Source: an uncultured Chloroflexia bacterium
Lineage (GTDB): Bacteria; Chloroflexota; Limnocylindria; Limnocylindrales; CSP1-4
Direction: 5' to 3'
Assembly: GCA_963778805.1 (NCBI GenBank)
Contig: CAVZVT010000005.1
Span: 293,838 to 357,837 of the forward strand
Length of the DNA: 64,000 bases
Shown here: positions 61,066 through 64,000 of the stretch, piece by piece
Layout of the letters: each line of letters starts with the position of its first letter
Numbering within the stretch: position 1 is the first letter of the stretch
Translations under genes and position numbers: made by a program
The notes under the pieces: model-generated
What the model was told of the DNA's origin: nothing
Databases searched by the model: none
Seen by the model: the letters and a program-made list of their open reading frames with translations, nothing else

Positions 61066-61620
61066 CTGGAGGGCACTCCCATCGACATCATCTTCCTCGT
61101 CGAGCGCCTCGAGTCGCTCATCGCCAACGGGAAGAGACTGCCGCTCACGACGAACGTCGTGGTCGACCAGAACGCCGCACTCGGTCTCATCGACGAGTTG
61201 CGCGTCGCGGTCCCCGAAGAGGTTCGCGCGGCCAAGCGGATCAACGCCGAAGGCGAGCGGATCATCGAGAAGGCCCAGGATGAGGCCGAGCGGATCGTCG
61301 CCAAGGCCCAGGAGCAGGCGGCGTTCCTGATCGACGAACGAGGCCTCACCGAAGCGGCGCAGGGACAGAGCCAGCGGATCATCGATGACGCGCACCTCGA
61401 TGCCGACGAGATCCGGCGCGGCGCCGACGAATACGCGGTCGGTGTGCTGGTCGGTCTTGAGGGCGACGTCGTCAAGACACTCCAAAGCATCAAGAAGGGG
61501 ATCGCGATGCTCGACGAGCGTCGTGCGGAGGTCATCGCCGAACCGGTGGCGGACGACCCCGATGCGGATCCGATGTGGGCGGACGAGGAAGAGGACGCGT
61601 CCCAGCCCCTCCGGTCATGA
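61066..61620 (+). CDS. coiled-coil protein of unknown function (ATP-synthase-b / DivIVA-like heptad pattern); start codon uncertain
   Basis: Open frame from 61036 to TGA 61618-61620 with high GC3, no in-frame ATG/GTG/TTG before 61159. Residues ...RAAKRINAEGERIIEKAQDEAERIVAKAQEQAAFLIDERG... are strongly helical. Stop overlaps the yceD start. Confidence 0.45.
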   Translation: MEGTPIDIIFLVERLESLIANGKRLPLTTNVVVDQNAALGLIDELRVAVPEEVRAAKRINAEGERIIEKAQDEAERIVAKAQEQAAFLIDERGLTEAAQGQSQRIIDDAHLDADEIRRGADEYAVGVLVGLEGDVVKTLQSIKKGIAMLDERRAEVIAEPVADDPDADPMWADEEEDASQPLRS

Positions 61621-62168
61621 CGGTCCGCCCGCCGGACGGGCCGCTCAGCTGGAATGTCGCGGGGCTGCTGACCGACGTCATCGGGGCGACCCGGGTCCTC
61701 GACGTCACCGATGTCCGTCCATCGACCGAGGAATTCGATCTTGCCGAGCCGATCGCCGGCCGGATCCGGCTCACCAGGACGAACCGAGGGATCCTCGTCG
61801 CGGCCGATCTGACGGTCACGCTCGCCGTCGAGTGCAGCCGATGTCTCCGACCGACCACGCTGCCCCTCGCCCTGACGATCAAGGAGGAGGTCCTGCCCGC
61901 GCTCGATCTCGCGAGTGGCGTACCGCTCGACACCGAGGCCGAGCCCGACGCGCTTCGGCTCACCGATCATCACGAGCTGGATCTCGAGACGACCGTGCTC
62001 GAGGCCATCGTCATGGCCGAGCCGATCGCCCCACTGTGTCGGCCGGACTGCCCCGGTCTGTGTCCCACCTGCGGGGGTCGACTCGACGAGGGTTCGCACG
62101 TGCATCCGGACGACGACATCGACCCTCGGCTGGCTGCGCTCCAGGGGTTCGCGGTCGACGACGAATGA
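61617..62168 (+). CDS. yceD: YceD/DUF177 family protein (large-subunit ribosomal accumulation protein), precedes rpmF
   Basis: C-terminal CxxC...CxxC pair (ECSRCLRP ... CRPDCPGLCPTCGG) and the conserved yceD-rpmF-plsX context. Confidence 0.85.
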   Translation: MTVRPPDGPLSWNVAGLLTDVIGATRVLDVTDVRPSTEEFDLAEPIAGRIRLTRTNRGILVAADLTVTLAVECSRCLRPTTLPLALTIKEEVLPALDLASGVPLDTEAEPDALRLTDHHELDLETTVLEAIVMAEPIAPLCRPDCPGLCPTCGGRLDEGSHVHPDDDIDPRLAALQGFAVDDE

Positions 62169-62278
62169 CGTCGGGCGCCTGCTTGCGGTAGACTCCGCCG
62201 TCGGCGCTGCGCCGTGTCTCGCATGGCACGATGGCCGCCACGCCGCACCATCGCCACTGACAAGGAGCCCACGATCCC

Positions 62279-62479
62279 ATGGGTGTACCCAAGCGACGCG
62301 TCTCGCATGCCCGCCAGGGCGAGCGCCGTGCGCATCAAGCCATCGCCCTGCCGAACCTCGAGGAGTGCCCGCACTGCCACGAGATGAAGCAGCAGCATCA
62401 CGTCTGCCCGAACTGCGGCTACTACCACGGCCGCCTGGCGATCGACCTCAAGCCAGCTCGCGACGACGCCGCGCGCTGA
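62279..62479 (+). CDS. rpmF: 50S ribosomal protein L32
   Basis: MGVPKRRVSHARQGERRAH...CPHCHEMKQQHHVCPNCGYY. Confidence 0.9.
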   Translation: MGVPKRRVSHARQGERRAHQAIALPNLEECPHCHEMKQQHHVCPNCGYYHGRLAIDLKPARDDAAR

Positions 62480-62483
62480 TCCC

Positions 62484-63581
62484 GTGACGGCGCCTCGGTC
62501 CACCCCGTCCGAGGCCGCCACCGGCGGCGTCCGCGTCGCCGTCGATGCGATGGGTGGCGACCATGGCCCGACCGAGGTCGTGCCGGGGGCCCTGGCATTC
62601 GCGAAGGCCCATCCGGCTGACGCCCTGATCCTCGTCGGGGATGAGGCAATCCTTGGTCCCTTGATCGGGCCGCTGCCCTCGAACGTCTCGATCGCCCATG
62701 CCTCGCAGGTCATCGGCATGGACGAGCATCCGGCGTTGGCCCTTCGCGAGAAGAAGGATTCGTCGATCCTCGTCGCCACCGACCTGGTCCGCCGCGGCGA
62801 GGCGGATGCCGTCGTGACGGCGGGTCACACCGGGGCCGGGATGGCCGCCGCGGTCCTCCGACTTGGTCGACTGCCCGGCGTGGATCGGCCAGCCCTCGCG
62901 GTCCAGATGATCACGGACTCGGGTCCGATGGTCCTGCTCGACATCGGGGCGAACCCTGACTCGACACCGGAGAACCTCGCCCAGTTCGCCCGGATGGGGG
63001 CGATCTTCGCCGAGCAGGTGATGGGCGTGGCATCGCCGCGAGTCGCACTGCTCTCGATCGGCGAGGAGAAGGGCAAGGGCGACGCCCGGATCCAGCGGGC
63101 CACGGAACTGCTGGACGCCTCCGGACTCCGTTTCGAGGGCAACGTCGAAGGCAAGGACCTCACGAAGCACATGGCCGACGTGGTCGTCTGCGACGCGGTC
63201 CTCGGCAATGTGGTGATCAAGTTCTTCGAAGGGCTTTCGAGCTTCATCTTCGACCTGTGGCGGACCGAGTTCAGCCGTGGCGTCCGGGGCAAGGTCGCCT
63301 ACGGGCTGATGCGCCCCGGCGTCGACCGCATCCGCGAGATCTTCGACTACGAGCGGGTCGGCGGGTCGCCGCTCCTGGGCGTGCGCGGCACGGTGATCAT
63401 CACCCACGGTCGCGCGAGTCGGCGGATGGTCGAGTTCGCCTGCGAAGTCGGCGCCACGACGGCTCGAACCCGTGTCCCGCAACGGATCGCCGAAGCCCTC
63501 GCGGCCGTTGCCTCGGGCGGGGCGGCCGTCCCAACCACCACCGAGCCCCCGGCCCCGCCAGCCGACGCGGTCGCGTCGTGA
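62484..63581 (+). CDS. plsX: phosphate acyltransferase PlsX
   Basis: VAVDAMGGDHGP N-terminus, and the GHTGAGMAAAVL and GNVEGKDL motifs. Confidence 0.9.
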   Translation: MTAPRSTPSEAATGGVRVAVDAMGGDHGPTEVVPGALAFAKAHPADALILVGDEAILGPLIGPLPSNVSIAHASQVIGMDEHPALALREKKDSSILVATDLVRRGEADAVVTAGHTGAGMAAAVLRLGRLPGVDRPALAVQMITDSGPMVLLDIGANPDSTPENLAQFARMGAIFAEQVMGVASPRVALLSIGEEKGKGDARIQRATELLDASGLRFEGNVEGKDLTKHMADVVVCDAVLGNVVIKFFEGLSSFIFDLWRTEFSRGVRGKVAYGLMRPGVDRIREIFDYERVGGSPLLGVRGTVIITHGRASRRMVEFACEVGATTARTRVPQRIAEALAAVASGGAAVPTTTEPPAPPADAVAS

Positions 63582-63892
63582 GCGAGCGTGGCCTGACGGT
63601 CGGGACGTCGGTCATCGGCGAACTCGTCCGGCTGGCCGCCTTCGAGGTCCCGGGCGTGGCGCGGGTCGGTCGCGGTGGATCGATCTGGCGACGGGCGCTG
63701 GGTGGCCGCGCCGTCGAGGTCCATCTCGATGGCGAGCGCGTCGACGTTCGGTTGCGGATCGTCGCCCGACCCGGTCAGGCCCTGGGTCCACTCGCGGCCC
63801 AGGTGCGCACGATGGTGTCGGCGACCATCGAGCGACTGCTCGGTCTCGAACTCGGTGAGATCACGGTGGTGGTGGACGGTGTCGGGGGCTGA
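63578..63892 (+). CDS. Asp23/Gls24 family protein (second copy in the window)
   Basis: GTG overlaps the plsX stop. VIGELVRLAAFEVPGVARVG...VEVHLDGERVDVRLRIVARPGQAL... matches the Asp23 domain pattern. Confidence 0.7.
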   Translation: MSERGLTVGTSVIGELVRLAAFEVPGVARVGRGGSIWRRALGGRAVEVHLDGERVDVRLRIVARPGQALGPLAAQVRTMVSATIERLLGLELGEITVVVDGVGG

Positions 63893-64000
63893 CCGCGTCC
63901 GGGGACGGCGGACCGGACGACGACTCGCCCTCGCGTCGGTGTTCGAGGCGGACTTCGGACAACGGACCGCGGAGGCGGTGCTGGAGCGCCACCTGGCCGA

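Overview
High-GC (~70%) bacterial chromosomal segment with Gram-positive-type (Actinobacteria/Chloroflexi-like) gene order, almost entirely housekeeping.

Main content, in order:
- DNA repair: uvrA (with a Cheo/LexA-like SOS box), a frameshifted UvrD-like helicase, uvrC, and recJ after secDF.
- The pyrF-tatA-tatC-rapZ-yvcK-whiA-tpiA-gpmI-secG block.
- Three tRNA clusters (Leu-Leu-Val, Phe-Gly-Gln-Cys, Leu) bracketing an amidohydrolase, a DUF4440 protein, and lemA-htpX.
- rpsF-ssb-rpsR, a TauE/DUF1634/CaCA membrane set, ilvE, an LCP-family protein, and ileS-lspA-rluD-gmk-priA.
- def-fmt-rlmN-rpe-dtd, rpmB (minus strand), asp23-yloV-recG-rsmD-coaD, yceD-rpmF-plsX, and a second asp23.

No rRNA, CRISPR-cas, integrase or transposase is evident.

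Second-look items:
1. An accessory-looking islet at 5.4-9.5 kb between uvrA and the helicase. It holds two hairpin-repeat arrays, a start-less coding-like stretch, and a hypothetical ORF followed after a single in-frame TGA by about 120 more protein-like codons.
2. About 19 apparent single-nucleotide frameshifts in conserved genes, with 10 of them between 18.8 and 26.4 kb. Assembly indel errors are the most likely cause, but pseudogenisation cannot be excluded.
3. An orphan receiver-ParA/CpaE-like ATPase gene.
4. An rpe gene with an unexplained ~100 aa C-terminal extension.
5. A triple direct repeat in the 100-bp divergent helicase/uvrC intergenic region.

Many long antisense ORFs in the six-frame track are GC-driven shadow ORFs and were ignored.
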